Below are positions 25,611-38,558 of a stretch of 64,000 nt of DNA, in pieces. The position numbers and the translations under genes were made by a program. Each line of letters opens with the position of its first letter. Position 1 is the stretch's first letter. The stretch comes from Eledone cirrhosa (lineage: Eukaryota), in assembly GCA_964016885.1 (NCBI GenBank), contig OZ024741.1:85746001-85810000 (forward strand), in the 5' to 3' direction. The notes under the pieces are model-generated. The model was not told the origin of the DNA, ran no database searches, and worked only from the letters and a program-made list of their open reading frames with translations.

Positions 25611-26761
25611 TTATATTTATACTTTGAGAGGGTCATGCTGCCAATAAAAAACATACGCACCTTGTGGATTTCCCTTCAATTTATTATTATAAATTCCCAG
25701 TCGATTAGTTTAATAATTGAATGGTTGTTTAGTTGATTTTCATCAAAGCTCTTTCGTCACACATTCTGTGACCTCCTTTGCATCTCTCCTTTGTGCTGTC
25801 CTACACCATCCTGTTTTTGTGAGCTGTGTCCTTCGGCTGCGCATACGTTATATCCGGGTTTGAGTGCCTTTATTTATTTATGTTTTAATATATCTATTTA
25901 TACGTTTATTTACTTGTCACTAGTTGGTTGCGTGTTCTATCTGTGAGTCTGGTTTGTTTTATTAGTTTAGTTCTTGTGTATCGCTGTATGTCTTTATCGT
26001 GTCCTTAGTTACTAGTTGTGAGATTGTTTCTATTCTACTCACGTTTTCTGTTTAGGTTTCGTTTCAGTTCATTTATGTCTGTCGCTTCTGTAATCTGTCA
26101 GAGCATTACATCTGTTCTATGTATGGATATGATTTTTATCTCGATGTTCTCAAGGGTGCCGCCATGTTCCATTCTGGCATGTTGATGGAGTATTGATGAG
26201 AATATATATATAGTTCAATTTATCGACAATGAAAAACAGCGAAAACAAACACGGAGAATGATTACAAAAAGTGTTAAGTTCATGCTTGTATGAAATGGCA
26301 AATCAAAAAGTCTCTTCAATGTATCGAGCGAAAGTCCTTCCTTATGAAAGGTGCATGACTTAGAGAGATGTTAGAAGAGGGGAAGACGTTAGGGTAGAGT
26401 GTATTTATACTTGCATAGTCAATGAGGCATTCTCAGTTCTCATAAAATTATTTTTGTTCATATTTTAAGAGAGTTCCTTTGTGCTTTGTGTTTCCCATGT
26501 GTATTTAGCACACTAAATGATATTAATATATTAATGTGTAGTAACAAAGTCTGGTGTATACTTAACGATAGATTGTACAGTTAATAATAAATCATTCAAC
26601 TAGTGGATATGTGATTAGTAATGTGTCTTCAAAACTCAGGGACGTGTTTTGCAGGAAAACAGTGAAGTTAGTGCCAACATTTGTAGCCACCCTGGGCCAA
26701 GAAATTTCAATTAATTAAACACCTAAATGTTTTATTTAGGTACCTCCTCTAAAAAACTGTA

Positions 26762-27459
26762 TGTACAGAAAGGTGCGGGCAATTTGCTTTGAATCGAAGA
26801 GTATGTATGATATGAACAGAACTTAAGTTGTAAGTTGTTTTTAATAAACCTTAAATGAAGCTGTCATAATATGAGTAAAGCTCGTATATCGTAAACTAAT
26901 CGTCTTTAAAATGCCAAGGGAGTTAAAAATTTAGTATTTTGCAAGGATTGTACTCACTAAATACGTATCTTAAAGTTTTAGACGTTGTTTGCATCTGGAA
27001 AGCCATCTCCTGTCCAACTGGAAACCAACACCCCAAAATGCTTGTTCATCAGACCTGCTATACCTCCATGACCCTATTTTCTGTCACCTATACAGCACAA
27101 AAATACATATATAACAGATCCCCAAACAAACACACAGTATATTCACACATCACAAAGACCCTCGTATTTTCTAGTGTTCGAGTTTTAATTTTTAGAAACA
27201 GATTTTGAAAGAGGACTCGCAAAATGACATTACACACTAGATATACACAGACATTTCTATTCACACCTGCCTATACAACCTTCTCGTATGGATATGAGCA
27301 AAAAGTGTTTCTTCACTACTCCAAAATTTCTCAAGGAGAATTATCTCCCTTGGCATTTTAAAGACGACCAGTTTACGATATACGAGCTTCATTTAAGGTT
27401 TATTAAAAAAAACTTACAACACATCGAATCAAAGCAGATTGCACGCACCTTTCTGTACA
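26762..27459. mobile_element. MITE-like element with long imperfect TIRs, TA-flanked
   Basis: 26762-26923 is an imperfect inverted repeat of 27345-27459 (tgtacagaaaggtgcg...aaaatgccaaggg / cccttggcatttt...cgcacctttctgtaca); TA on both sides. Confidence 0.6.
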
Positions 27460-27717
27460 TATAATGATGTATTTTTGTTGGGGGAGTTACCTCACTTTGT
27501 TTTTTACTAGGACTCTTCACGGACTATGACCATTTTTCATAAAGTGACGGTTTTTCTTTAAATTTGTCCCTGACGCGCGAGGCCAGTTTTATAACGGCTC
27601 CTCCACTATACAGTGGACCCCGAAACCTAAGGTCATGCATATATGTTAAATATATGAAATTTAATATATGATAAATAAGCATTGCTTTCCTTGGCCTTTT
27701 ATCAACGATTATCCTGC

Positions 27718-27776
<59 letters not shown>

Positions 27777-27950
27777 TATGTATAATGTGTGTGTGTATAT
27801 ATATAATGATAGTGTATATATATAATGATATATATATATATATATATAGTGAAAGAACAGAAAACAAAGACAGTGAAGAAATATTTATCTGTTGCCGCTT
27901 ACAATCCGCCATTTTATAACGTCTGCTTTTCAGGCATTATTCTTTTCTAC

Positions 27951-27986
<36 letters not shown>

Positions 27987-28749
27987 ATTATCCTTTTCTT
28001 TTATGTCATTCGTTTTTGTATAAAGTCTACTAAATATACTCTATTTTCTGTAGTTGTTTAAGTTGTTATAGTTGCTGCTATTATTGCTGTCGTAAATGCT
28101 GTTGATGTTGTTGTTCTCTACCCCTACCCCCACTGCATGTCTTTCGTTTCATCCAAATGCAGATGATACGATGTAACAAATACTCTACTCTAAAGTAATG
28201 CATTTAAAATTCAGCTGTCTTTTCATAAAAATTAAAAAAACGAAAGAGAAAAAATAGAATCAACAGCAGAATGTATCATCTTATCGATTCTACTAACAAA
28301 CCACAGTGGCTGTTGTAATGCTGTAATGGCTGTATACGGCAATTGTTGCTATGTTGTTCTATTAAACAGTTCTTGTTAACTACCGTAAAAAAACACCTAT
28401 TATCATACCTTACTGTCAGGCGGGAAGCTGGCAGCGTCGTTTAGGATGAGTTGCAGTATTCGTTCGGGCTTTTTGTGCTCTGAGTTCAAATAACACCAAA
28501 GTTTTCATACCTTCGGAACCTTGGTCTTTGATTTTATATATATGTGTGAGTGTGTGTATGTATTTTGCGTCATTGTCATACCTTTCTGTCCAGCGACAAC
28601 TTGGCCGAGTCCGTAGAACACCAAATAATTTCTTTTTTGTGATATTTGTTTCAGCTCTCTGTGTTCTGAGTTCAAATGATGCTAAGCTCAAATTTCCTCT
28701 TCATATTTTCGATGTCGATAAATAAAGTACCAGTGAAGTACTGAGGTCG

Positions 28750-28827
<78 letters not shown>

Positions 28828-28983
28828 CCACCCTCTCTCTCTTTCTTTCTTTCTCTTCTTCCCTCTCAATCTCCCACCCTCTCTGTTCAATGATTTTTCT
28901 CGGCGAAACTTAGTAATCGGGAAATAAATGCTACTGGCGTACCATTTAGATTAAGAGAATAAATATGTGTGATACGTTTGGAA

Positions 28984-29027
<44 letters not shown>

Positions 29028-29164
29028 CAACTAATCCAACATAGATTTGTATGTATGTATATAGAAAGAGAAAAGAGTGGCATACATTTGCAGATAATGA
29101 TGTATACGTACATAATTACGTTTGTGTGTGGAAAGAGAGAGTGGGTGAAGCTAACCGCAATTTC

Positions 29165-29213
<49 letters not shown>

Positions 29214-29469
29214 AACTGTGAGCCAACTCATTTAATGTTGAACCAGATTACACAAGAGGACAACGACACACATGAAATAGAATATCTAGAAATAAATAGC
29301 CACTGGACTGTGTTGAAACATTTATAAATAATTACTGACCATAGAAACTAACTCATCATTTGAACTATAATACACTGCACTACTTTGTCTTTTTTGTGTT
29401 GTTGTTGTTGGTTTGAATTCGTACTGTAGCTGTCACACATTTCTCACGCACATTTCTCCTATATGTATA

Positions 29470-30140
29470 TAATTGTTTCTACTTATATATATAATTGTTC
29501 TATATATATATAATTGTTTCTATATATAATTGTTTCTACAAGGCCAGCAATTACCCAGTACATTACTGGTACTTTATTTTATCGACCCCATAATAATAAT
29601 AATTGTTTCTACTTTAGGCACAAGGCCAGCAATTACCCAGTGCATTACTGGTACTTTATTTTATCGACCCCGTAATGAAAGGCAAAGTTAACTTCGGCGG
29701 GATTTGAACTCAGAATGGCAAGGACCGTAACTCTATGCGTCAAAGCATGGCGTCTGACCCTCTACCGATACTGCCAATCCAACCCGCTAATAATAATAAT
29801 TGTTTCTACTTTAGGCACAAGGCCAGCAATTACCCAGTGCATTACTGGTACTTTATTTTATCGACCCCGTAAGGATGAAAGGCAAAGTCAACCTCGGCGG
29901 GATTTGATAATAATAATAATAATGATTTCTTATATAGGCACAAGGCCAGTAATTTTTTTGGGGGGGGGGTATTCGATTAAATCAACTCCAATGCATGACT
30001 GGTACTTTATTTTATCGACCCCATAAGGATGAAAGGTAAAGTTAACCTCGGCGGGATTTGAACTCAGATCATAAAGAGCCGTAACTCTATGCTGCAAAGC
30101 ATGGCGTCCGACCCTCTACCAATACTGCCAATCCACCGCC
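29470..30140 (-). mobile_element. Stack of 4+ partial and full SINE copies in one orientation
   Basis: Repeated (taa)n-ttgtttctactttaggcacaaggccagcaattacccagt..ttttatcgacccc..ggcgggatttgaactcaga. Confidence 0.8.
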
Positions 30141-30284
30141 CTAGAGTAATACAAGGACGATTTGTTAAGCCTTCATTACGTTTATTGAGTGGTGACGCAC
30201 GTTTCGCTATTGATAAGCTCAAGGTTCGATCTGTATCGATCTGGCCCGACTCTGGAATCAAAAGCTCGTCGGACCTCTGCTGTT

Positions 30285-32641
30285 GGAAAATTCTAGTCAA
30301 GTCTGACAAAACCAATAATCTTTACGGAATACAAAAGGATATTTATAACGATCTTATATTAAAGGAATTAAGGAAGAAATACAAAGTAGCAAATAAAGAC
30401 GACCTTGAAAAATTGAATACAGATGCCTCTTATATAATGCATGAACTAGGCATTGATCATGCCAAGGAAACCTAAAATTAATATGAAGGATCATAAAAGG
30501 AACTTCGAAACTGATTTACCAGTCAGATTAATTGCACCATCTAAATCGGACCTTGGCAAACTTAGCAAAAATATTCTAGACAGAATAATACCACAAATTA
30601 AGAATTTATCTTATTTAAAATTATGGAAAGGAACTAGTGAAGTTATCGATTGGTTTAAAGAAATTAAGTATAACTATAATAATAAGTTTATTCAGTTGGA
30701 TATTGCTAACTATTACTCATCTATCACTCCTAATCTACTGAATAAAGCACTAACTTACGCATTTAAACATACAGACCTAACTAGCAATGAAATGCACATT
30801 ATATTATCGGCACGGAAAACATTAATAGAATTTAATAACCAACTCTGGACTAGGGCAGATAGAAATAATAATTTCGATATAACTATGGGATCATCCGATT
30901 CTGCTCAGGTAACGGATCTTGTGGGCCTATTTATAAATAATTCTCTACATAGAAAAATACCTGAGATAACCGGAGGTTTATATCGTGACGACATGCTTTT
31001 ACTTATAGAAAATAATAACTGTGAACTAAATAGAAAAAGAAAACAAATTATACAATTTTTTAATTACCTTAATCTAAAAGTAGAAATAGAGAATAACCAT
31101 AAAATAGTTAACTTTCTAGATGTAACACTAAATCTTAACACATGTCTTCATTATCCATTTCACAAACTAAATGAGAACTTAAATTACGTCAATTTTAACT
31201 CTAATCACCCCCAGATCCGTTAAAAATACTATAGTGAATTCTGTACAAGAACGAATTTCGAGAATTTCAGCTAATAAGAATATATTTGATGAAAAAGCAC
31301 ATTATTACAACGAAGGGTTAGGTAGAGCTGGGTATAGAAATAAAATTAAATACATCGATAATAATAATAATATAACAACTAACCATAATCGTAACAATTT
31401 TAACTATGGTAACAATTTTAACAACTATAATAACCTTACATTAATTCCGAAAGCCGAAAAAGAAATAGAACTAGGAACATATTATGGTTCGCTCCTCCTT
31501 TCTCATTAAATATTAAAACTCCTATTGCTAAACTATTTTTTAAAGCTCTTGACAAATTAAAGACTAAAAATTCCCTGAACTTAAGAAATAATTTATTCAG
31601 TTGCTGCAGACATAAATTAAACTCAACGTTTAAATATAAATATAAATTTAAAATGTAATATATAATTAATTAATTAATTTTATTAATATATTGAACCTGT
31701 CGATAAATCATTAGATTCCTTCATCTTTCTTCCTAAATATAAATAAATATAATAAAGTTATATTGCTTATAATTATATTTCCAAATTGTAATAGAATTCT
31801 TTTGTATGTTATGTACTCAATTATACTATGTACTGTACTTATGTATACTTCTCTCTATATGTGTGTATATATGTATATGTGCGTATTGACATTCATGTAC
31901 ATATGTTTTATGCGTGTATGTCTATCTGTATGTATATGTATACGTGATGCGTATCTACCTATTTGTTGAGGGTACATATATGTATATGTGGGAATTGTGT
32001 ATGTACATGTGCTTGTATATCCATACAATTCGATTGCACTTATGTATAGTGATTATCCCAAGATTCGTGACAGATAGACATATAATAACAGCCATAAATA
32101 CATAACAGGTAATCTTATAAAACTTATATTTAAAAAAATTTGTTTAATAACATAAAGTGTGTATAACATAAAATTTCCTTTAATATCTTAACATTTTATA
32201 AGATTCCTATATCTTAAATTAAATTAAAGAATCCTTTATGTTTTGTGTGTATATATTATATATGTAATTAGATATGTATATGTATTTTATAAGTGTGTAT
32301 ATATATTTATATGTATGTATTTTTGCGTGTGTATACGTGTTATATAATATATAGATCTTTTATAATATATGGATTTCTTAATATATAGATCCCAATTTTT
32401 AATATATTGATCTCAATATTTGAGTGATTAACTAAACATCGAATCATATTTAAACAATGGTTACATTTCTCATATTATATATGTATATTCCATTCATGAT
32501 TATTAACATTTCTAATTTTATTTATTCATTTCATCTCAATTGTTAAGTTAACTCAACAAGATATGACTTAGAGTTTTTCGTTCTCTCCCCTTTTCTCTGT
32601 CTCCTCTCTCTCTCTCTATCTTTCTCTCTCTGTTGTTCTGG

Positions 32642-32712
<71 letters not shown>

Positions 32713-32985
32713 TCTCTATATTTCTCTTTCTCCGTAACCCAACGGCTTATTTTAAAAATAAAAATATCCAATACTAATAATATAATTAAAGCTACAACTC
32801 CACTATCCGGGAGCTTCCAACAGCAATGGTTCCATTCTTTAAGGGTATGTCAATATTTATTTATAAAACTGATTTATATTATATTTTATCTGATGAAAGC
32901 ACACCATAATTTAACTTGGTGCCCTTGAAATATGTATAATGAAATAAATATGGTTTTATAAATATAGTTTCCATTTGTTAATATC

Positions 32986-32990
<5 letters not shown>
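30285..32990 (+). mobile_element. Penelope-like element (Hydra-clade-like), endonuclease mostly deleted
   Basis: VKSDKTNNLY, FIQLDIANYY, MGSSDSAQVTDLVGL, GGLYRDD, VNFLDVTLNL and SNHP; only the LNLRNNLFSCCRH tail of the EN remains; long 3' UTR, terminal HHR, then (TA)n. Confidence 0.85.
32885..32943 (+). ncRNA. Minimal hammerhead at the PLE 3' end
   Basis: tttat-CTGATGA-aagc.acca..tggt.gc..tt-GAAA-tatgta-TA-atgaa, followed by aataaa. Confidence 0.6.
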
Positions 32991-33070
<80 letters not shown>

Positions 33071-33096
33071 GTTACACAACAGTTAGTTCACCATAC

Positions 33097-33134
33097 CGAG
33101 AACAATTGTTTCACCTTAGCGGATCTTCAACTCG
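33097..33134 (-). ncRNA. Degenerate minimal hammerhead (same family as 54838-54878)
   Basis: The reverse complement reads cgag-TTGAAGA-tcc-gctaa-ggt-GAAAC-aatt-GTT-ctcg (C3 to U). Confidence 0.55.
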
Positions 33135-33192
33135 TAATGGACCCATGGACTGAGTGCTCTAACACTACGGATATTACCTTCCAGTGTTCTAC

Positions 33193-33273
<81 letters not shown>

Positions 33274-33326
33274 TTATTATAAAATAACAGGAGGCTGGAC
33301 TGGTGTAATTCCTTAAAAGGTTTATT

Positions 33327-33384
33327 ATACTATGATCATTTCAATGACCGGGTTCAGTATGAATCCGGTGACATCATCAGGTAT
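33327..33384 (-). ncRNA. Minimal hammerhead in a PLE pLTR-like fragment
   Basis: The reverse complement reads atac-CTGATGA-tgtcaccgg..ccggtcatt-GAAA-tgatca-TA-gtat-aataaa, then (TA)n. Confidence 0.65.
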
Positions 33385-33480
33385 TCGAAATATAACAAAG
33401 GAATATAATAGACAAAATCCATGGGGCTGAAAATCAGAGGCATGAGGGCGACCGAACATTTAGCAGCTTCTACCTCGGTC

Positions 33481-34138
33481 GACAAAGGAACGATGTACTA
33501 GTTTCAAGCTTATTAGCTATCGTCAGCATCGTATACCTTCCTGCCAGATGATTGAACGTCTGAAAGTATATACTTTCCTTATGCATATTAACGGCTGAGC
33601 AGCCTAATTTGCATATCGAGTGAGTTAATCGGCTGGGCGCACCGAAAACGACAAATGGAAAAAGAGTGAGAAATGAAATTTCGTTTCATTTTTTCCATTT
33701 GTCGTTTTCGGTGCGCCCAGCCGACTAACTCATAACTCACTCGATATGCAAATTAGGCTGCTCAGCCCTTAATATGCATAAGGAAAGTATATACTTTCAG
33801 ACGTTCAATCATCTGGCAGGAAGGTATACGATGCTGACGATAGCTAATAAGCTTGAAACTAGTACATCGTTCCTTTGTCAGTGTTGAACAAAAGGGCAAC
33901 GATGGTTGCTAAACACTGTACGGCTTAATTCGGGCTGTTTGTTTGTTTACAAACAAACCGAGCATTATAATAAATGTTCGGTAAAAACGATACGTACATA
34001 TATATATATGTGTGCATGTATGTATATATATATACATACTACTGTACGTATGTATACATATATGTATGTACGTATACATACTTATATTTAAGTAACAGCC
34101 GTACTAAGAGTGAGAAATGAAATTTAGTTTCATTTTTT

Positions 34139-34145
<7 letters not shown>
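33481..34145 (+). mobile_element. Dispersed monomer of the ~500-bp hammerhead repeat family, with 5' inverted duplication
   Basis: 33662-34145 is homologous to the 43.4-49.2 kb unit. It begins and ends with aagagtgagaaatgaaattt.gtttcatttttt, and 33481-33663 is its inverted copy. Confidence 0.88.
33828..33870 (+). ncRNA. Minimal type I hammerhead (inverted copy at 33490-33532)
   Basis: acgatg-CTGACGA-t-agct-aata-agct-t-GAAA-ctag-TA-catcgt. Confidence 0.8.
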
Positions 34146-34191
<46 letters not shown>

Positions 34192-34669
34192 GGAAAAAAA
34201 TGAAATGAAATTTCATATATATATATATAATTAGTGCGATCACTTTATCTTCAAGATCACGTGTTTTGCATTGATGCCATTGTATTATATATTTCTATAG
34301 TATATATGTATATGAAAATAGCAATGGAAACTCTAACGTGTCCAGATCATAATTTGTAGACGCAAGTAATTACAAAGGCAATATGACTGCTTTTATTGTC
34401 TACGCTTTTTTTTTTTTTTTTTCATCAGGTGGCCTTTTCTCGCGATTAAAATTGGTGAAAGTTTTCTTCAGAGCTAACAGTGTCACCTATTGCTCCGTCT
34501 CCCCTGGTGGTTTACTGCTGTTTGGTCCGGGGTTACTTATTTGTCCAGCAAGAAACCACTTAAATCGTCATTAACCATCATATCTGTTGACCGTATTACT
34601 ATCCGCCGCCTGCGATCTATTCTCTAACAGAAAGATTACGTATTCTCAAGACTCCAAAGAGGGTCCAGA

Positions 34670-35620
34670 ATAGAGCAAACTTTAATACTTAGCAACTGGA
34701 ACATTACAACCCTTACAAGTACGAAGCAGGAACTAGTGCAGTAGGCAGGATGCTACCGGCTAGATTTAATCGGAGTTTCCCCAATAAACTTCCGTAGCTC
34801 TGGTACTGTAGTTATGAATGAAGGATGGAAACTCCACTATTCATGTGTGACGCCAGAAAAGACTGCACAGGTGAGAGTTGGGAATCTCACAAGTACCCGG
34901 CTGTCAGAATGTATAATAGCCTGGATCCCTCTTGATGCTTATGCTGGAGGAGGTGTCTCTATGAATGGTACAAGTTTATGTGCCAAACAGAGAACCCGAA
35001 TACTGATTCTTCCTTCATGAAGTCACTGCAGCGTTAAATGTAGTTAAGACAGAGTCATATATCCTAATGGCAGGCTTCAATGCACATGTTGACATGGAAA
35101 GGAGTGATTGGAAGGAACGGCGAACCTGATCTAAATACGAATGGAAAGGTCTTATTAGACTTCTGTTCTATTAATGGGCTCTCTATTATGATCACCTCCT
35201 AGCACAAAGATATCTAAAAACACACATGGTATAGGGGAATCGACGACAGATATCAATAATTGATTTTATTATTGTTTCTGATCTCTTCGATTCTGTGCTG
35301 GATGTTCATATTAAGAGAGAGGCTGAGCTGACATTTGATTACCATCTTCAACCTGAAGCTATTTAAAGTCAAGAACCCCCCGGCAAGTCCCGCTCGACGT
35401 ACAGTATAAAACGGGAAGCGCTGACTAATGTGGAGGTATGGACAAGGTATGCGGTTATTGTTGCATCCAAATTCAGAGAAGTCCCTGAACTAACTGAGGA
35501 GGTTGAAACGAAGTGCTGACTATTCTGCTTCAGCTGTTAACTGTTAAACAGGAGGTTAACGATGCTATCCTAGCAAAGAAGAAAATTTTCAAAGCTTGGC
35601 TTGGAAATAAGTCATCACCG
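34670..35620 (+). pseudogene. Decayed LINE APE-type endonuclease region (RTE-like)
   Basis: ILSNWNITTL, ILMAGFNAHV (GDFNAH), NTNGKVLLDFC, HTWYRG and IDFIIVS motifs, with many stops. Confidence 0.65.
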
Positions 35621-35629
35621 TTCCTCTCA

Positions 35630-36295
35630 AGGTCTGGTACCTGGACGATGCGACGATAGGCGGGCCCGCAGAGACCGTCTGTCAGTTTCTCCAATCAGTC
35701 GTTCCCGATATCTCCGTCACGGCCTCCGTCTCGGGCGTGCGATCATCACTCCATGAGGTGCAGATGAGCCCCAAGGAAGAGGTGCTTATCCTAGGTTCGC
35801 CGATCCTCTCGAGACTGTCATTCGCTTTACCCTCAGGTTCAGACAACGCCAGTTAGCATCCATGACGAGTAGACTAAGCCTGATAAACGCCCACCCTGCA
35901 CTCTCAGTCTGCTGAAGAACTACTTCGCCATGCCGAAGCTCATATACACCTTCCGCAATGTCCCCTGCTACAGCCAAGCATCTCACCACAAGATCTCGAC
36001 ATCTGCATCCGACGGGCTGCTGAGGAGGTAACGTCCGGTTTGACAATACCGGATGACAACAGGCCACCTTACCCGTCAAATATAGTGGCCTCAGTCTCCT
36101 GTCTTACTGGCCCTGCTGCTTTCCTTTCATCGGTGACCTCTTGCCATGTCCTCATCAACAGGGTTCACAACAACACAACTGAACCTTCTGTGATCGAGGA
36201 ATGCGAGGCTGTCTACGCGACATGGAACCAGATCAGACTCCGCCCTGTGAACGTCCGTCCCCCTCTCCACTCCGTAGACGTCCAGTACCCCCAGT
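35630..36295 (+). mobile_element. CRE-like (RLE-type) non-LTR retrotransposon fragment
   Basis: GC-rich; WYLDDATIGG, LLKNYFAMPKLIYTFR and QATLPVKYSGL motifs in different frames. Confidence 0.6.
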
Positions 36296-36589
36296 ATTAA
36301 ATCTAAATTCGATATTGTTATCAATAGTTTAAGTTAACAGCTCTTTAAGTTCGGAATGTGAATGGGAAATGGGTGGTAGTAGCACCTCTCCTTTACCACA
36401 ACAGAAATTGAATGGAGGATTTCTCTGGGAGTTCCTAAATAATATTTCCTTCAACCCTCTGAATGCATCACATTTAGAACATTTCTCATACATCTTTCCC
36501 ATGTAGCTTATTTCAATTCCATATTTTTTTAAATCCTCTATTGTCTTATCTTGGTAAATGTCTGAAGAATCTTGTGTAGTACGTTATTT

Positions 36590-36699
<110 letters not shown>

Positions 36700-37006
36700 G
36701 GAACATGCCTTGTACTTTTATTATGGTGTATTTATAATCTTAGCCCAGTATTGAGAAAGGTATGGTGGAGATATCATTGTTTATTGATACGATGTCCCTT
36801 ATTTGCATTTGATGTATTTACATTGAGTAAGTGTTACATTGTGACTGTTGAATTGCAACGGAAGTGGACATAGTTGAAGAAGGTGGCAAAGGAATCTCAA
36901 AGAAATGTTGTTTTTAATCAGGAACTGATTACGATTAAGGAAAATAAAACTTATTTCTTATATGAATCTTTCTTCCTTATTCGAAGTTTCTAAGTATATT
37001 TTAGAA

Positions 37007-37620
37007 GGCGCGTGGTTTAGTGGTTAGAGAGTTGGATTTGCAATCGTGAGATTGCGAGTTCAATTCTCGGACCGCGTGATGCGTTGTGTCCTTGAGCGAG
37101 ACACTTTATTTCACGTTGTTCTTTCTGCCAGAAGTTGCGACCGGTAGATAGTATCAGCAATGAAAAGACAAATGGAAACATTGTTTCCTTGGTCAGTTTT
37201 GACGAGGTTGACCCCCACTCGGCAAGCGAATGAGGTCTGGGATCTTGTCGATCGATCAGAGCGAAGTATACTTCGTTTGCATTTAAAATAACATTTTTAT
37301 CCAAAATGAATTGAAACATAAACCACAGTAATGTGATTTTTTTAATAAAGGGGGTAAACACATACTTACAAAACAGGGAGCTTCTTATATTATCATTCGA
37401 CCTGCTAGAAATACCAATGAAATCTCCATGAAATCTCACTCTATTTTCTTTTAAAATAACAGAAAACAGCCTTGTCACACACACTGTGTCACTCTGAATG
37501 TCCCTAAGAACAACATTAAAGGTACATGTATCTGTGGAATGCTCAGTCACTTGCACGTTAATTTCTCGAGCAGGCTGTTCCGTTGTTTAAACGAATGGAG
37601 CTGTCGTCCGACGGAGGTCA
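37007..37620 (+). mobile_element. tRNA-headed SINE (second family)
   Basis: ggcgcgtggtttagtggttagagagttgg..gagttcaattctc..gtgtccttgagcgagacactttatttcacg. Confidence 0.7.
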
Positions 37621-37771
37621 TACACTCACACACATACCCTCACACACACAGACCCTCACACACACACAATACACTAATTATATATTACCGAAATGTGTTT
37701 GATCTATTTTTACCCAGCATATTTTATAATATCGATCCATGTTTTCAAATATTACTAATTATCACACATTA

Positions 37772-38078
37772 TTTTGCCTTTCATCCTTACGGGGTCGATA
37801 AAATAAAGTACCAGTAATGTACTGGTTAATTGCTGGCCTTGTGCCTAAAATAGAAACAATTATTTACAATTATTTACCTATTTGTTGGGCGGTGGATTGG
37901 CAGTATCGGTAGAGGGTCGGACGTCATGCTTTGATGCATAGAGTTACGGCCCTTGCCATTCTGAGTTAAACCCCGCCGAGGTTAACTTTGCCTTTCATCC
38001 TCACGGGGTCGATAAAATAAAGTACCAGTAATACACTGGGATCATTGCTGGCCTTGTGCCAAAAGTAGAAACAATTAT
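37772..38078 (+). mobile_element. Two tandem copies of the abundant tRNA SINE
   Basis: ggcggtggattggcag..tctgagttaaaccccgcc..tttgcctttcatcc..gtcgataaaataaagtaccagt..gccttgtgcc..agaaacaattat. Confidence 0.8.
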
Positions 38079-38290
38079 TTACCTATTTGTCTTGATATGT
38101 ATGTTTTCTTATTATTTACGATGTTGTTTTTGTTGTTCACAAGTTTGATTGTTTTGATTTTTCTTTCACTCAGTTCTTCAGATGTTAATCCGATTAATTA
38201 CATCATAAGGAAAATATCAGAGGAATGTAGCCAATACTATATATTTATGTGTGTGTATATCTGTATACATCTTGTGTGTATATACATATA

Positions 38291-38336
<46 letters not shown>

Positions 38337-38410
38337 GCGGTATCGAGGCCGGGGGACACTCAAACCAGGGTAGTACTCTATGCATGAGAAGAAGAAGAAG
38401 AAGAAGAATG

Positions 38411-38558
38411 TATATAAAGGAAGGTAAGACCGCAACGGCTCGCAGTTTCGGCTTATATTCGACAAATCTTTTCAAGGGTGTACATCCTTTACAGGGCTTG
38501 CCGAATAAAAGCCGAAACCACTTGGCGTCGTGGTCGGGTTTTTACCTTCCTTTATATA
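38411..38558. repeat. Diverged palindrome with two degenerate hammerheads
   Basis: tatataaaggaaggtaa.. / ..ttaccttcctttatata, centre tgtaca (38479-38484); each arm has aagcc-GAAAC-stem-GTC. Confidence 0.65.

Noticed and set aside
24240-26200. Possible highly decayed PLE coding remnants
   Set aside because: The motifs are too eroded to support a call without a profile search.
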